Assembly: GCF_009914755.1 (NCBI RefSeq)
Contig: NC_060927.1
Direction: 5' to 3' (one strand)
Source of the DNA: the human T2T-CHM13v2.0 reference genome, Homo sapiens
DNA length: 64,000 bases
Shown here one piece after another: positions 1 through 17,143 of the stretch; the stretch's first letter is position 1; each line of letters begins with the position of its first letter. Below the pieces are notes generated by a model. That model was not told the DNA's origin. It saw nothing but the letters and a program-made list of their open reading frames with translations, and ran no database searches. Made by a program: the position numbers and the translations under genes.

Positions 1-856
1 TGGTGCACAATAGTCATTCAACAATTATTCCTTGAATAAAGAGACAGTATTGTGTGGTCTGTGAAATAACAAAAGTTCAGGAGCAACAGACACTTGGTGA
101 TTCTAGTCACCTCTATTTTGTTATAGGATAACTGGTTTTCTCTGAGTTTTACACCAGAATGCCTTCTTCTTTTAATACGCCTTCTTACTTAGTGCTTTTC
201 TCATGATCATTTTCCCAAACTTCCTAATGGACATAGTGTCTCATTTTCTGTCTGTTTTTAAACCTGATACTTTGGAGTTTAATCCATCAAACATTTATTG
301 TTAACCTACTATGTGTATTTTGTTACACCTAGGAACAAAGATGAGAAAACATGTTACTCATATAATTTATATTCGAGTAGAATAACTGATATAAACCAAC
401 ATCATAGTATAGTAACAGTTTAATACATGAGCTAATGTATGCATACAACAGGAGCCCAGCATTTAGGAAGCTTTTTATAAACTGTCCCAAACCCCAGGTT
501 TTTTATATACTCCTAATTGAGTGGATGGATGGCCCATCAAAATGTCCCGTGGAAGACATATAATGTCAGAAGTTACCGAGTGACTCTGATAGGCTCTGCC
601 TCCCCTACCCTCCGCACTCCTCAATTAGGAACTACTGGTGAACAAGAAATGAATGTAGTACAGCCATCCCTCCTTATTCCCTGGGATTGGCTCCAGGACC
701 CACTCAGATACCAAAATTCCTAAATGTGCAAGTCTCTGATATAAAATGGCATAGTATTTGCATGTAACCTACACATACCCTCCTGTATACTTTAGATCAT
801 CTCTAGATGGCTTATAATATCTAATACAGTATAAATACTGTATAAATAGTTCCTAT

Positions 857-1189
<333 letters not shown>

Positions 1190-1197
1190 TTATCATT

Positions 1198-1502
1198 GTT
1201 TTATTTATTTATTTTAGAGACAGAGTCTTGCTGTCACCCAGGCTAAAGTGTAGTGGCTCTATCACGACTCACTGCAGCCTCAAACTCCTGGGCTCAAGGG
1301 ATCCTTCCACCTCAGCCTCCTGAGTAGCTGGGATTAGAGGCGCACACCACCACGCCCAGCTATTTATTTTTATTTTTATTTTTGTACAGACAGGGTCTCT
1401 CTATGTTGCCCAGGCTGCTCTCAAATTCCTGGCCTCAGGCAATCCTTTCACTTTGGCCTCCCAAAGTTCTGGGATTACAGGTGTGAGCTACCACACCCAG
1501 CC
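1198..1502 (-). mobile_element. Alu (J-like)
   Basis: Reverse-complement Alu, tail-to-tail with the previous one. Confidence 0.95.
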
Positions 1503-2368
1503 CATATTATTTTTTATTGGTTCTTTTTTCCAAATATTTTCAATCCACAGTTGGTTGAATCTGCAGATGTGGAACCTGCGGGTATGGAGGGCCAACTGCA
1601 TAAGGAATTCTATCTGAGCAAAGTGGTCAGGAGGTCACAGAGGATTTTGAAGGAATATGCTATCTGGGGTTTTCTTTCCATTGTATTTCAAAATACAGTA
1701 GACAAGGACTTAATATGTGCCAGAAATTGTACTAAGTGCTGAGGATACAATAATGAACAAGATTCCTGCCTTTGTGGAGATTATATGGCAAGGGAGGAAA
1801 GAAAACATTATAGATTAATTCCTGTGATCAGTGCTGTGAGATAAGGTCATATCCTGAGGGACCCAGACAAGCCTAGCACCAGGGGCTGGGGTCACCAGTA
1901 GATAAAAATATGAACAACCATACCCCAGCCCCATGGAACAACACAGAAAGAAAATGGGGAAGAGTGAGTAGGGAACAGGATTTTTGACCAAAACCTCCTA
2001 GTTTAAAGGTTTCTATATGAAGAGGCCATGTACCAAGGATATATTCACTAAAAGTATCTAAATATAGGCTAATTCAATTTAAAGGAATCCCAACTGAGAG
2101 GTAAGATTTTCTTCCCCTCTAACACCCAAGTCTGGTCTCTAAGGAGGCCCCTACAAAACAATAGTTGTATTAGTCAGCGATAAAATTTATTTAGGGTCAA
2201 TGGAAATGAATTTATGAATTTGAGACTCAAGGGTACATGTCAGTTTCTTCTTGGGAAAATCCAAGGTAATATTCACAGAGTACTCAGATGGGAAAGTTGT
2301 CGTGTGCTGTCATGTCTCATGGTAGAAATGCTACCCTTAGCATAATAACATGTAAAATAACTATCTCT

Positions 2369-2694
<326 letters not shown>

Positions 2695-3691
2695 TCAGCA
2701 GAGACAGAGTCTTGCTAGAGACATAAACAAATATGACAGTCTCTGCGCTCGAGGAGCATATAGTCTAGTGAAGCCGATCACCATAAAAACGCATGGCTGT
2801 GATACCACATCGTGAGTGTAAGAACAGAGCTATGTATGCGTGGGGAACAGTGGACATGATGGCCAGGTACCCTTATTATGGGAAACATAGAACCCAAAGT
2901 GTGTTCCCAAAGGAACATGATTCAAAATAATATTTTGCTGAACATATTGGTAAGAAGGAAAGAAAACATATCTGAGTTGAAAAGTTACAGTTTATTTTTT
3001 CCCCAAACTAGTCCCCACTAACCCCTCTTACATTTTCCTTGTTGCTTTTCTTTCTTTCATTATCTTCTTTGACACTTCCTCACCCTACAGGCAGCCAGTT
3101 TGTCTTTCTGACAAACATCATTAAGTGGTAACTCTGGAGAGTCGGGAGATAACTATGGCTTCTCTCCGCTACATGTAAAAGTGCTCTCTGGACTAGTAAA
3201 ATGTGATAAAGCACCATCCATATTTCTTTTTAACAGAGACAAACAAATCTTATAAACTCCCTGAGAACAAAGCCTATGTCTGTACAACTTTGAATTCTGC
3301 ACAGTTTCGTATTTTAATTCGTGAAACGTGTTGATCCTTCTAGTGCCTGACCTTAGGTCAAGTGCTGGGGATACAAAGAAGGTGACCTTTGAATTGGGTC
3401 TTGAGGGATGAGTAGGAGTTGGTTCTCAATTATTTCACGTTTAAGTCGACATACTTCCCTCCCTTTGCTAAACTCGAATTCTTTCACTTTCTCAGCAGGA
3501 GTATGCATTAACTTTTAAAAATGAAAGTTAACGGTTTAATTTTTACTGATGGTCTGTGCTACTTTTGTGAAATAAAAACATGAGCAAAGTGGTAGACAGA
3601 AACCAGGACTCAAGAGCAGTGGAGGAGGAGGGCTTCTACTGTGTGGGAACGAGGGCTGGGAGAGCACAGTGTGTGTTCAGAGCAGTAGTAA

Positions 3692-3994
<303 letters not shown>

Positions 3995-4380
3995 GTAAAT
4001 GGTTTACTGCGCTACAAATGCACACACAGAATATTGTTCAACTGTTGGCTGTTAACATATTGCAGGCTGAGTCTGAAACGCAGGAAGTGTTTTCAGATAG
4101 CACAAGTCAACATTATTTTGAAAAGGGAGAAAAGTCCATAAAGTTTTTGAGAATAGTGTAAGAATGTATTGGTCATCCTAACTTTAATGAATGAACTTAA
4201 GCCCCCTGAGCCTATCACCCTCTTTTAGGATCCATCTCCTTTCTCGGCATCAAAATAACTGGCCACAGCAATATTCATTCAAGCAGCCTTGCTTTCCTCT
4301 GGGAAGAACCCGACCTAGGTTTAGAAAAGGTATTGAATCCCACTATTTCACCTTTCAGGAGAACTACCAGAGTTACCTCT

Positions 4381-4605
4381 TTTTTTTTTTTTTTTTTTTT
4401 TTTTGAGATGTCGTCTCACTTTGTCGCCCAGGCTGGAGTGCAGTGGCACAATCTCGGCTCACCGCAACCTCCGCCTCCCAGGTTAAAGCGATTATCATGC
4501 CTCAGCATCCCGAGTAGCTGGGATTACAGGTGTGCACGACCATGCCTGGCTAATCTTTGTATTTTTAGTAGAGACGGGGTTTCACCTTGTTGATCAGGCT
4601 GGTCT
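4381..4605 (-). mobile_element. 5'-truncated Alu with TSD
   Basis: Poly-T start; agagttacctct at 4369-4380 and 4606-4617. Confidence 0.93.
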
Positions 4606-4972
4606 AGAGTTACCTCTTAAGAAGTTCAACATGAGGCATAAAAATAGATTCTAGATATTATGTTACCTTTCTTTCCTTGTAGCATTCTTGATTATTCCGG
4701 GGCAACTAGAAGCTCTATCCTTTTATTACATATGTGAATTTTATCTTCTGCAAGGCTCTGAGCTGCCTGGACTACTTCAGTGGACTCTCCAACATCTGTT
4801 CACTCATTGAGCAGCACTGTTTAGAAAACCCAGAATGGGTTGTAATTGTTACTGAGTTAGGTTTTCCAAGCAGCAGAGCTCTTCTCTGACTGGAAACTGA
4901 GAAAACAACATGGAATTATAGAATAAAATTGTACCTGAATTCTAGTCCCAATTCTGCCATCAGCTTGGATGA

Positions 4973-5306
<334 letters not shown>

Positions 5307-5789
5307 TTTGTAGCTCAGTTTTTAATGACAGGGTTTGGCTTTGATTCTGATGTCTGCACAACGCTCCCAGGGCTGTAAGAACTGCAGAACACACTGAGAA
5401 GACACCGTCCCAGCCATGGAAAGCCCTTCTATGCAGTCATTTATTTTCACATGAACACCTCCCAGAGAGCTATGCAATGACTTGATAGATATGTGTAACT
5501 TTTCCCCTATTCAGATATATTGTTAGGAAAATCTCATTAACCTTTCATGTATTTTGATGACTATCTCAAGATGGTAGTTCTTCTGTTTAGCTAAACTAGT
5601 AAGAGTAGAATCAGTTAATAGAAAAAGGAAACTTATGGCATAAAGCCATATGGTAATAAGGACAATGAGTTTTCTGATTTGAAAATAGGTCTTTGATACC
5701 TCAACAATAATATACCTGGATTCAATTCTTTACAGTATAAAAAAAACCTTGCACATTTGTTAGGTTCGAGCCACATGCACCTGACTACT

Positions 5790-5930
5790 GCTATTATTAT
5801 CCTCTTTATTTTAGAGATGAGGAAAATAAAGTCCAGAGAGGTTAAACATTTTGCCCTAAGACCCCACAGCAAGTGGGTAGAAGACCTGGGACTATAATGC
5901 AGGTTTTCTGGCCTCTAGTTCAGAGCATTC
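5790..5930. mobile_element. MIR
   Basis: Core ttttagagatgaggaaaataaagtccagagaggttaaacattttgccctaag. Confidence 0.7.
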
Positions 5931-6394
5931 GTAGCATGCTAGCCCCTCAGTAGCATAGTACTTTAGGAAGCTAGTCTTTCCCACTTGCTGGTAGTAAGCC
6001 AGGGAGACATAATACACTAAGAAAGCTTCGGTCTGAGAAAACTTTCCATGATTGTTTTTTCTCAATTTTTAGAACAGTAGGAATTCTTCACCTCATCTGC
6101 TATCCCAACATATTCACAATTGGAAAATTTTTGTGCTGTTCTGTTCTTTTCAAATTACAAAAGTCCTTGACTAGGACTGCTGGCTTTTACATGCACAGGA
6201 CTGCACAACACTGGTGTTTATAAAGCTCATTCGTTCAATGATAAAATTGGCCATAGCAAATCAAAAATAAATGAAGACCTCTGCGTAGCTGATTGGACTA
6301 CAGAAAATAAGCCATTCATATCCAGGAAGAAAAAATTAAAAGGATTGCTGAAAAGGAAAGAGCCCTAAAGCAAACTATCTACAGTTTTGGTTAG

Positions 6395-6398
<4 letters not shown>

Positions 6399-6431
<33 letters not shown>

Positions 6432-6569
6432 TTGAGGTGGGGTCTTGCTTTGTTGCCCAGGTGGGAGTGTCTTCTTATATTGGTCAGGCTGGCCTTGAAC
6501 TCGGGGCTCAAGCCGTCCTCCCACCTCAGCCTCCCAAAGAGCTGGTATTACAGGTGTGAGCCACCAGCC
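6399..6569 (-). mobile_element. Alu monomer (FLAM-like) with TSD tggttagtttt
   Basis: Single-arm Alu with the direct repeat on both sides. Confidence 0.85.
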
Positions 6570-9500
6570 ATGGTTAGTTTTCATCAACTGCTTTCTCACC
6601 TTCTTTTCATCCTCTAATTCATACCTGCAATCCTTATTAGAAATCCTGTCAACTTAATAGTACCAGAAAGTCAGGCAAAAGACTGATAAAAAAAAAGCCT
6701 CGGTGGTCAAGAACTTAAAATTACACTACTGGTGTGCAACGTGCTCTTATCTGTGTTACTGGAGGACACCCTCAAGATACCTCACTCCAGTTGACTCCTT
6801 GGCTCTAAATCTTTGAGTTAAAAAATAAGGAGGTTCTTTATGGAATAAACAGGTATTAAGCTATTTAAAGGAGAGGGCTGCGAAATGCTTGATTATGGGC
6901 TTTTCAAGTTCAGAGGCCAAGCGTTTGTCATTTTCTTCCAGTAACTAGGACTGTGTCTTGCCCCTAATAGTTACTCAGACTATATTTGCTTAATTGAATT
7001 AAACACAGTTGCCTATGCCCTTTGAAATTCTGGACTTTCAACAGAGGGCCTCTAGCCCAATATTTGCTTACCAAACTGGACATCATTGATGATCTGGATT
7101 CAGGCAGGGTCTGGAAAAAGAGAGACTGGGCCAAATTAAAATAATCCATTCACTGATGACACAAAACTAAACTACAATTGTTTGGCACCCTCTCTTCTCC
7201 TTATCTTGCAAAATCAAATTAAGCACTAGTGGAAAGAAACAGTTCAGAGAGGAATATGGGAAAGGAAAAAAAAAAACCAAAATGTGATTTCCAACGAGAC
7301 TAGAGATTTGTTCTTTATCTACATGGTCATGTTACTCATTTGATAGCATCTATCTCAGGGGTATTATGTTATCTCTTGGCCAGGACTCATGAAAGTTAAG
7401 ATTTGCATTGATAGGAAAAGTTTTGCAGAAATATGGACTCTTGAGAGGGTGGGAGGTATATAAAAGTGGCTATGGCTGTGCAGCAGAGCAATTTGCATTT
7501 CTTATACACCCTGCTTGAGACTGATGTCATTAGTGTTGGTTAGGCCAAGGCTGGGGGAGGCTACTCAGAATAGTGGGTGACCAATTACCCAGAACCTTTG
7601 GAAAAGGAAATGACTTGATTGAAGAGGCCATTCTTTAAATGTATCTTACTGCTCAATTTCACCATTGCCTATTGTAGAATGCGCCCTGCCCGCTCAGCAT
7701 TTGCCTCTAGGCAGACCAGGACTCCTTCCCCTCCCCAACTAATCTTCCTTCTCCTGTATCTTATTCCCTAGGGCCACTTGCACCTTTCAAAATGGATAAA
7801 TTAAATTCCCCTGCTCCCCTTCTACCAACTTTAACATCATATCCTTGGTGTATGATGCCCTACTTTTCATTGTTTTGCCTAAATAAGAGTATGCTTGGGA
7901 ATTTTAGGCTTAGGGCTGGGAAAAGATGGGATATGGAATCGTCAGCTATAGATTGCCGGACAAGAAATTTTAGGAGCAGTAGACCTTTCAACCGCCCTCA
8001 ATAGGATGGAACTGACTGTCCCCACAACCTATTTCCCTTTCAGTGGCTTGCTCCAGCCAAGGCCCCTTATTTAAGAGATCTTTGTGCGCTCTGAAAACCA
8101 TGCATATGCCAGAACTAGGTGCTCTGTTTCATGAAGGCAGTTTGATAACTGAATGGACTTTGGAAGTGCCCAGTGTTTGACTATTACCCTGGTGCGATGA
8201 TCACACTGGGCGTATCATTGTCACATGATCCCATGTTTGTTGATGAAAATAAACAGTGGTTTTCAAAAACCATTTTCAGTGCCATGGTTTGTCATAAAAC
8301 AATAAATAGAAAAGCGCTTGATGTACCTGCCAACTTTTCACCCCTATCTAAGAGATGGCGAAGCTCCGGCTGCACTCTGTCTGCAAATAAGGAATAAAAC
8401 TTTTTATTTGTGCTATATTGGACTTTGGGTTCCAAAGCATCACATTGTTTATGGTAGGTACATGTGGAGTCACTGTATTTATAATTATAAGAGCAAACTG
8501 GTGCCATTGGAAAAAATGGTCTTTCTAAATAGTGTGTGAAATATGAAACTAGTGAAGAATAAAATCAATATGGAAATGTAAACTTCTATGAAAACATTTC
8601 CTTACCCATTTAAGTTTGTGCATTCTGAAATTTACAATGGCCATCAAACCCAGTGACTCAAAGCTATTGGAAAGATATCTGTCCTTTTAAATCCTACACT
8701 TACAGCTAAACAACGTATGGGTTCTTTTCCCTTTATCTCTGGAAAAGCCCGACTGAGCTGGAATTTGCTCCCCAAAGGAAAGACATCAGGCAGAATCCTC
8801 AGAGAAAGGGGCTTAGGGACCCCAGTAGAAATAAAATCAGGATAGTAGTGCCAATTCATTTCTGGGGCTGCTGGAGAAGTTAGGCTTCTGGGATCATTCA
8901 TCCATGTATCAATATTAATAAAATAAATTCTTCTATTGCCAGGACTGTCAGGAATAGCTAAAGATGTAAAAGATCTAAACCAGTGTGTTCTTTCAGAGAA
9001 TAAGTTAAAAATAATATTTTATAGAGTTAAAAAGAAAAGCACTTGGATTTTTTTTTTCCAATGGCTGGACTCAGTTGGCCAATACCCTTGTTTGCCTGCT
9101 GAGTAACTCTTTGGCTGGCAATTGATTTTTTTAAGAGCTGTGGTTATGTGCTAGTTCATTAGCATGTGAATAATTCTTCATATTAAGTTTTCATTTGTTT
9201 GTCGTAAATCTCTAAACCCTGCAGGAAAGCAGAATATCTTTGACAGCTTTCAAACTTCACTTCTATCACACACAGCACTCCACCAGCACCTCTAGGAAAC
9301 AGTGGTTCAAAAGGCCCTGCCCCAAGACCCCAGCATGTTAAGAGCGTTAGTTTAAAATCTCCAGTTCATCCTAGAACAATCATTTTAAAAGGAAAAAAAG
9401 AAGTGGGGAAGTCCTATAGAAAGCAATGGAAAGGGAAAAGTTCTCAACCCAGAATCGGGGCTTAGGTTCTAGTTCCTGGTTTGCTATAAATGGCACTTTG

Positions 9501-11330
9501 ACTTTGGAATGTCTCTGGCTTCCGTTTATCCATTAGTCAGAGAATGATGGGACAGATTACTTCTGAAGACCCCTTATGTCCTATAAATCTCATAGTTCTC
9601 AACAAGAGGGAAACGGGAACAACAGGGGCAGAAACCAACGAGAGGCTGAGGAAACCAAACCAATGAGTTTTGGATTGTAGCTAACCGAGGAGAACCAGGT
9701 GTGTCAAAGGTGATGAAAGTCAGATGTGTAAAAAGCAAGAAGGAAACAAAATGAAGAACATGAGCCCTAAGAATTCAGTGTCTTTCCCTGGTAAAACTAA
9801 GAACATCAGGAAAGCCACACTCGATGAGGCACACATTTTTCCAAGCCAGTTTTCACTCTGACAGGGTTACCTCAAGTGATTGTTTGAGAGAGGGTAGAGG
9901 GGTTGACTACACTCATTCAATCTGCCAAATTAGAAAAGTCACCCAGAATACCCTGTGCTTTTTGAGTGATTTTCATGTTTATCTCCCGTAGCTTGCTATT
10001 TTGTTATTCAAAAGGAGTGTAAACTTAGGGCATTCATGTATAATACCTTTCATAACTCATGTTAAAATGCTGATGTTATTGGATTTCTCAGGAACACTAC
10101 TGTTCTATTTCTCCATTCAAAAAGGTAAAAAAAAAATTAATTACTCTATTTTCATCATTAATCCCATTTCCCCCATTGTCTTTGTATTCTACATAGGAAG
10201 CATGCCATAGATCTATAATTGAATTTACTCATCTATATAAAACAGTACTTTTAATCCCATCCTGAAAATCAAAATATATTTTTGAAAATCAAAATATGTC
10301 AAAATTGAAAATCAAAATGTCAAAATATTGAAAATTGAAATATATCAAAATTAATTATATTTGATGTATCCCTCAAAAAATTGATTTCTCCTTACAGAAA
10401 TCATTTTGCTTTCCTGGAAAAACACTGGGTTCAAGTGCAGCTTTCTTCATTCCGTTCTGGTCTGTCCAGTATATGAAAAGCACAAGCACACAATGACCAG
10501 TGACAGATTCACCATGAAGCTAATGAAGCTTCATGGGGCCCTTCCCTTGTGCAGAAGTCCTTCCAGTGCTTGGGGAAGGGCCGAAGCAATTTTATTCTCA
10601 TAATTTGTAATATTTTCCTTAGAGAGACTCCACTACTGTGTATATTTTATGCCCCACAAAACCTGAATTCACCCCATCATGTCCCATTTGTAATTAAGCT
10701 TTCTTTCCTGTTAAGGAGGGACGCTTACCCAGCCCTTTGATGTACGGTCTGAAGATAAATACACTGTTAGCCCCCAACTAGAAGTGTAAAATCATTAAGA
10801 CAAAATTTGAGAATGATACGGCTCCTATAATGGCAATCTTTGGATGATACTGTCCAAGCTGATGGAAAGTGTAAGGACTCCACTTTGCTTTGTAAAAAAT
10901 ACAAAAAAACAGCCATGGAAGTGCAGTACATTTTGTATGGAACATTGTACCACATTGTACCAAATGTCATGTTAAATTAATGATTCAAGATAAAATGCAG
11001 ACCAAATTTGACCAGGGTTTTAAGAGGTTCTCTCTCCATAAAGCAGGCTGGCCACGATCTTCTCACTAGGTTTGAGGGTAAGGAGGTCCCCTGTGAAATA
11101 TGAAAGTGAACTCTCTGCTATCTAAGAATTGGTGAATTGGTTGCAAAGAAAGGCAGACCAGGCCCACCCAGGGATCACTCTTGCAGTTTGACAGATCTAC
11201 CTGGAGGCTGAAAGAATCTATGCAGCCTTCGGAAATGCAGTGAAAACAGTATAATCAGATATGACTAGGGAAAAAATAAAACAACTGGTGTTCATTTGCA
11301 TGTCAACACCCAGAATTCTCTGCTAGTTCA

Positions 11331-11683
<353 letters not shown>

Positions 11684-12177
11684 ATGAAATGGTTTGGCAT
11701 GATGGTGGGGTGCTGATTCCTCTCTCTGTCCTTGAGTATTTACTGCCAGGAAATCCTGACCAACATCAATTGCCAAGGGGTTAAAGTCACATTGTTGTTA
11801 AATTGGGAGAGAAAATTAGCAGGATTTTGTGCCCTATGTTCAACTATTACAGAGTTTCAAAAACAGGAACCTGGAGCTTTATATGAGGGGACAGGGGAAG
11901 TAAAGGGGAAGAGTGACAAGGGTGATTTATCAGGGCATAGTTCCAGATAAATCACTTACATGGAGGTGAAAGAATTTCATGCATATGTTCTGTGCCAAGA
12001 AGCCAAATGGTTGAGCAGAAGCTCTGAAAGTTGAAGTGGGCAGTTCTGGGTACAGTCTTTCCACATGTGAAAAGGTGATGATTTTATATTCATGTTATTT
12101 GTACTCCTGCATGTGCAGTTGGTCTTTTCAGGTGTCCAGATCATCATTTTCTCATGACATGAAAGAAAGCCAATAAA

Positions 12178-12307
12178 GGCTAGTTGTGGTGGCTCACACC
12201 TGTAATCCTAGCACGCACTTAGGGAGGCCAAAGCAGGACGATCACTTGAGCCCAGGAGTTCAAGACCAGCCCAGGCAACATACATAGCAAGACCTCATCT
12301 CAAAAAA
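12178..12307 (+). mobile_element. Alu left monomer (FLAM-like)
   Basis: Single arm followed by an A-run. Confidence 0.85.
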
Positions 12308-13930
12308 TGAAATAATTTTTTTTTAGAAAAAGAAAGTAAATATTTCATTAATATAAATTATAATACACTGTAAAATGCCTGGAGGACAAGAAACACGTTT
12401 TCTCTAGGTTCTGTGAAAGCATCATTATCCATTCACATTTTTCTCATAATTAGAACCTGACGTTCTGGAAAAATACAGTAAATTTTCATCGATGTTACTT
12501 GCTCTGCCCCCCTTGTATTCCTCCCATTAATAATATTAATCCTGAAAAGAAAAAAAGAAAAAGGAAAGAAACCACCCAAGCAAAATGTTTAAGAAATACG
12601 GTAAGGACAGTTTGGTCCCAATTTCCTTAAAAATTAGAGCCACCAAGTAAACCTGTTTGGGGGTCCTCACATCTGTCCTCTTTTGGAGTTTGCTAAGTAG
12701 TACAGTTGAAGTGAATTTTTTGGTAACAAAAGTAAAAACTTCCAGAATAACTCCAGTAAAGGGTGTTGATGTGACGTACAAGTTTGGAAATATATTTAAT
12801 ATCTGAGACTCCTCAATGTTGGTGTTATTTCCTCCAGTTTAGAACAAACTTAATCTTTTGATGAAAATCATAGAGTTCCATAGATATGAATAGAATCTCC
12901 AACCAGTGCATCTTGAAGCCGGCTGCCACGGCCACTCATGCACCTTCTCTCCTTTCAGGAGAGAATTGTCAGCATCTCTGCTCAAAACAATCTTTACTTT
13001 TAGTCCATCAGAGACTTCATGTTTGTCGTGCATGCACACTCACACCTCTCCACACATATGCCCACTCCCCACACACATCCTGCTTCTGAGAAATGCAACT
13101 AGAATTTCCTCCGGAGAAGAGATGGAAACCCCTGATTGAGAAATTTAAGGCCTAGGAAAGGTAAATGACTTTTCTTAAGTCACATGGCTCACCACAGAAC
13201 CAAAGCTGGAACACACATACCCTCAGCTCTTCTTCCAGTGCTTTCAGGTATACAAGTATTTGAACAGGATTCAAGGTTTAACTCCTTATGTGTCATTCAG
13301 TGTATCCAGTGTAAGTAAAATGTTACCCCTTAGTCAGAACAGCCTTGAGAATTTCTCAATGACTACAAACCTTGCTTAGTTCTATACAAGGGAAGTAAAA
13401 GAGAGAGAATGTCATGACCAAATGACTTAACTTTTGAAGGCAGCCTATTGCAAACTTGAATAATTGGGGCATGTATTTTATTGATTGTTTGACCTATAAG
13501 GACAGATATTTTAAAATATAAATTCAAAATTGCTTTTTTGCAGCATTCACCTGTAGGCCTTCTATATCTGCTCTTTGTGAAATAGATGGCTTCCAGAGCA
13601 TTAAAAAAAGAAATAGACATTTTCTTGGTTCAAGAGCTGTAATCTGCTTTCCGAGTGATTTTTCATAGTTAAGCATATTTTATGTGCACATAGTTTCATT
13701 TGAGATCTGAGAGGATTTCATCTAAAACGGAAAAGTTATTACCTGTGAAGGAGAACAAAGGAAAAGGAAAAAGAAATTTTAAGAAAAAAAAATTTTTTTA
13801 AACCTGTAGTTACTTTATGTTCAAGTGGGTATTTTCAACGCTGAGTTGCTGAAATGGTTTTTTATTGAAAGAAGGTTAAAAGTGTATTTCATTGAAAGCC
13901 AAGATAAACAGTAGATTTTGTATCATTTTA

Positions 13931-14314
<384 letters not shown>

Positions 14315-14481
14315 TTACAGTGTAAATTGAAGGGAAAGAAGACCAAAATTGGTGAAATATGTTTGGTCCCAGAAGATAATTAAGATGAATAAAAGAACTT
14401 GAGAGTATTTTCTCATTATTAAGCATCTTCAGCTTTAAAGATTTTAGTTAGCAAAGCAAGTTTACATAAACAGTTTTCTGA

Positions 14482-15171
<690 letters not shown>

Positions 15172-15717
15172 TAGGTTTGCGGTGTGAAGGTTATAAGTAA
15201 CCCAGGATCTTCTCTTTCATCCCTCAACAATATATTTTTTCCAGTCAAATGCCCTCTTCTCCTTTTTCTTTTTCTTTTCTTTTCTTTGTCTCTTTCTTTT
15301 CCTTCCAGAAAGGAAGATTAGAGGCCAGTCTAATCTTTGGTTCCTGTAAGTAATGGCATGTATAACTTTGCTTAAGACAATGCTCACTTGATGTAGAGAA
15401 GGGACCACTAAGTATTTCTGGTCAAATCATGCTCCTGCCCCACCATCAGTAAGATACTACTTTGAATTGCTTTTGTGATATCAGGAATTAAGGAATACCT
15501 ACTGACCTCCACCCACTCTCTTGTGTGGATTCCTCTGATGGCTTCCCTTAAAGTACCTTTGTGAGGTAGTTGGTTGTGATTAAGAATGCAATGTGAACCG
15601 AACACACAACATAGAAATAAATTTAGTTATTTAGCAATTTGTTGTATTTTTGGCCCTGCAAGTAGTACATGATCTGACTAACCAATTCCAAAAGCCAGAT
15701 TTTCTTCTGAGTGTGAC

Positions 15718-16115
15718 TTTTTTCTTTTTTTTTTCTTTTTTTTTTTTCCTTTTTTTTTTTTTTTTTTTTTTTGTGAGACAGGGCCTCACTCTGTCACCCA
15801 GACTGAAGTGCAGTTGCACAGTCATAGCTCACTGCAGCTTCTAACTGCAGTTAGTAAGCTATGATCATGCTACTTCATAAAAGTAATACGTGGCCATTTT
15901 ACAGTTGGGCTCAAGTGATTCTCCCACCTCAGCCTCCCAAGTAGACAGGACAACAGCTGCACACCAACATGCCCTGCTAATTTTAAAAATTTTTTTGTAG
16001 AGATGAGGTCTCATTATGTTGCCCAGGCTGATCTCAGATTCCTGACCTCAAGCAATCTTCTCACCTTGGTCTCCCAAAGCGCTGGGATTATAGGCATAAG
16101 CCACCACGCACAATC
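15718..16115 (-). mobile_element. Alu (J-like) with long T-tract and ~60-bp internal insertion
   Basis: Reverse Alu; extra sequence at ~15847-15905. Confidence 0.9.
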
Positions 16116-16399
16116 TAAACATTACTTTCATTAGCCTCTCATGAGTAGAAGAAAGTTTTACTTTCATCTCTCTGTATAAAAATTGTTTTTAAGTGGCAAG
16201 TTTTCCTATTGAAGTGGACTTTAGGTGAGCTTTTTGTATGTACTCTACAGTGTATCCTCTGTGAAAAACCCGTCGGGGGATAGTGGTAAACTGTATATAA
16301 CTGCACAATGTATTATAAAGAGCACGATCCCTTTGTCATCTTTTGTTGTCCAGTTGAAAGGAGAATGTTTCTGAAATCAGGTGCATAGTGCAGTAGTCA

Positions 16400-16640
16400 T
16401 AAGAATAGCAAACATTTATTTAATACTTGCTGTGTGCCAGGCAGTGTTCTAAGCACTTCATGCATATTTATTCAATCCTCACAACAATTCAGGGAAGTAA
16501 GGACCATTTTACAAATGAGGAAACCAAAGCACTGAGAGGTTTTCTCATTTGCGCAAGGTTACGTGGCTAGCAAAAGATGGAGACAGGATTGTGAGCCAGG
16601 CATGCTGGCTCAGACTCTACACTCTCTACCATCACATCAT
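16400..16640. mobile_element. MIR
   Basis: tgtgccaggcagtgttctaagcacttcatgcatatt...ccattttacaaatgaggaaacc core. Confidence 0.75.
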
Positions 16641-16749
16641 GCGGAATACCGGCCTTTAAATGCCTAGGGTGCAAATAGATCACAGTATGGCATAGTTTAC
16701 CTTTGGAGCTGTGAAGTCCAGGGTCAAGTCGTGATTCACTTTAAAATAA

Positions 16750-17143
<394 letters not shown>

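Noticed and set aside
9701-9713. DR1-like GTGTCA-A-AGGTGA
   Set aside because: Both half-sites are imperfect; expected by chance in 64 kb.
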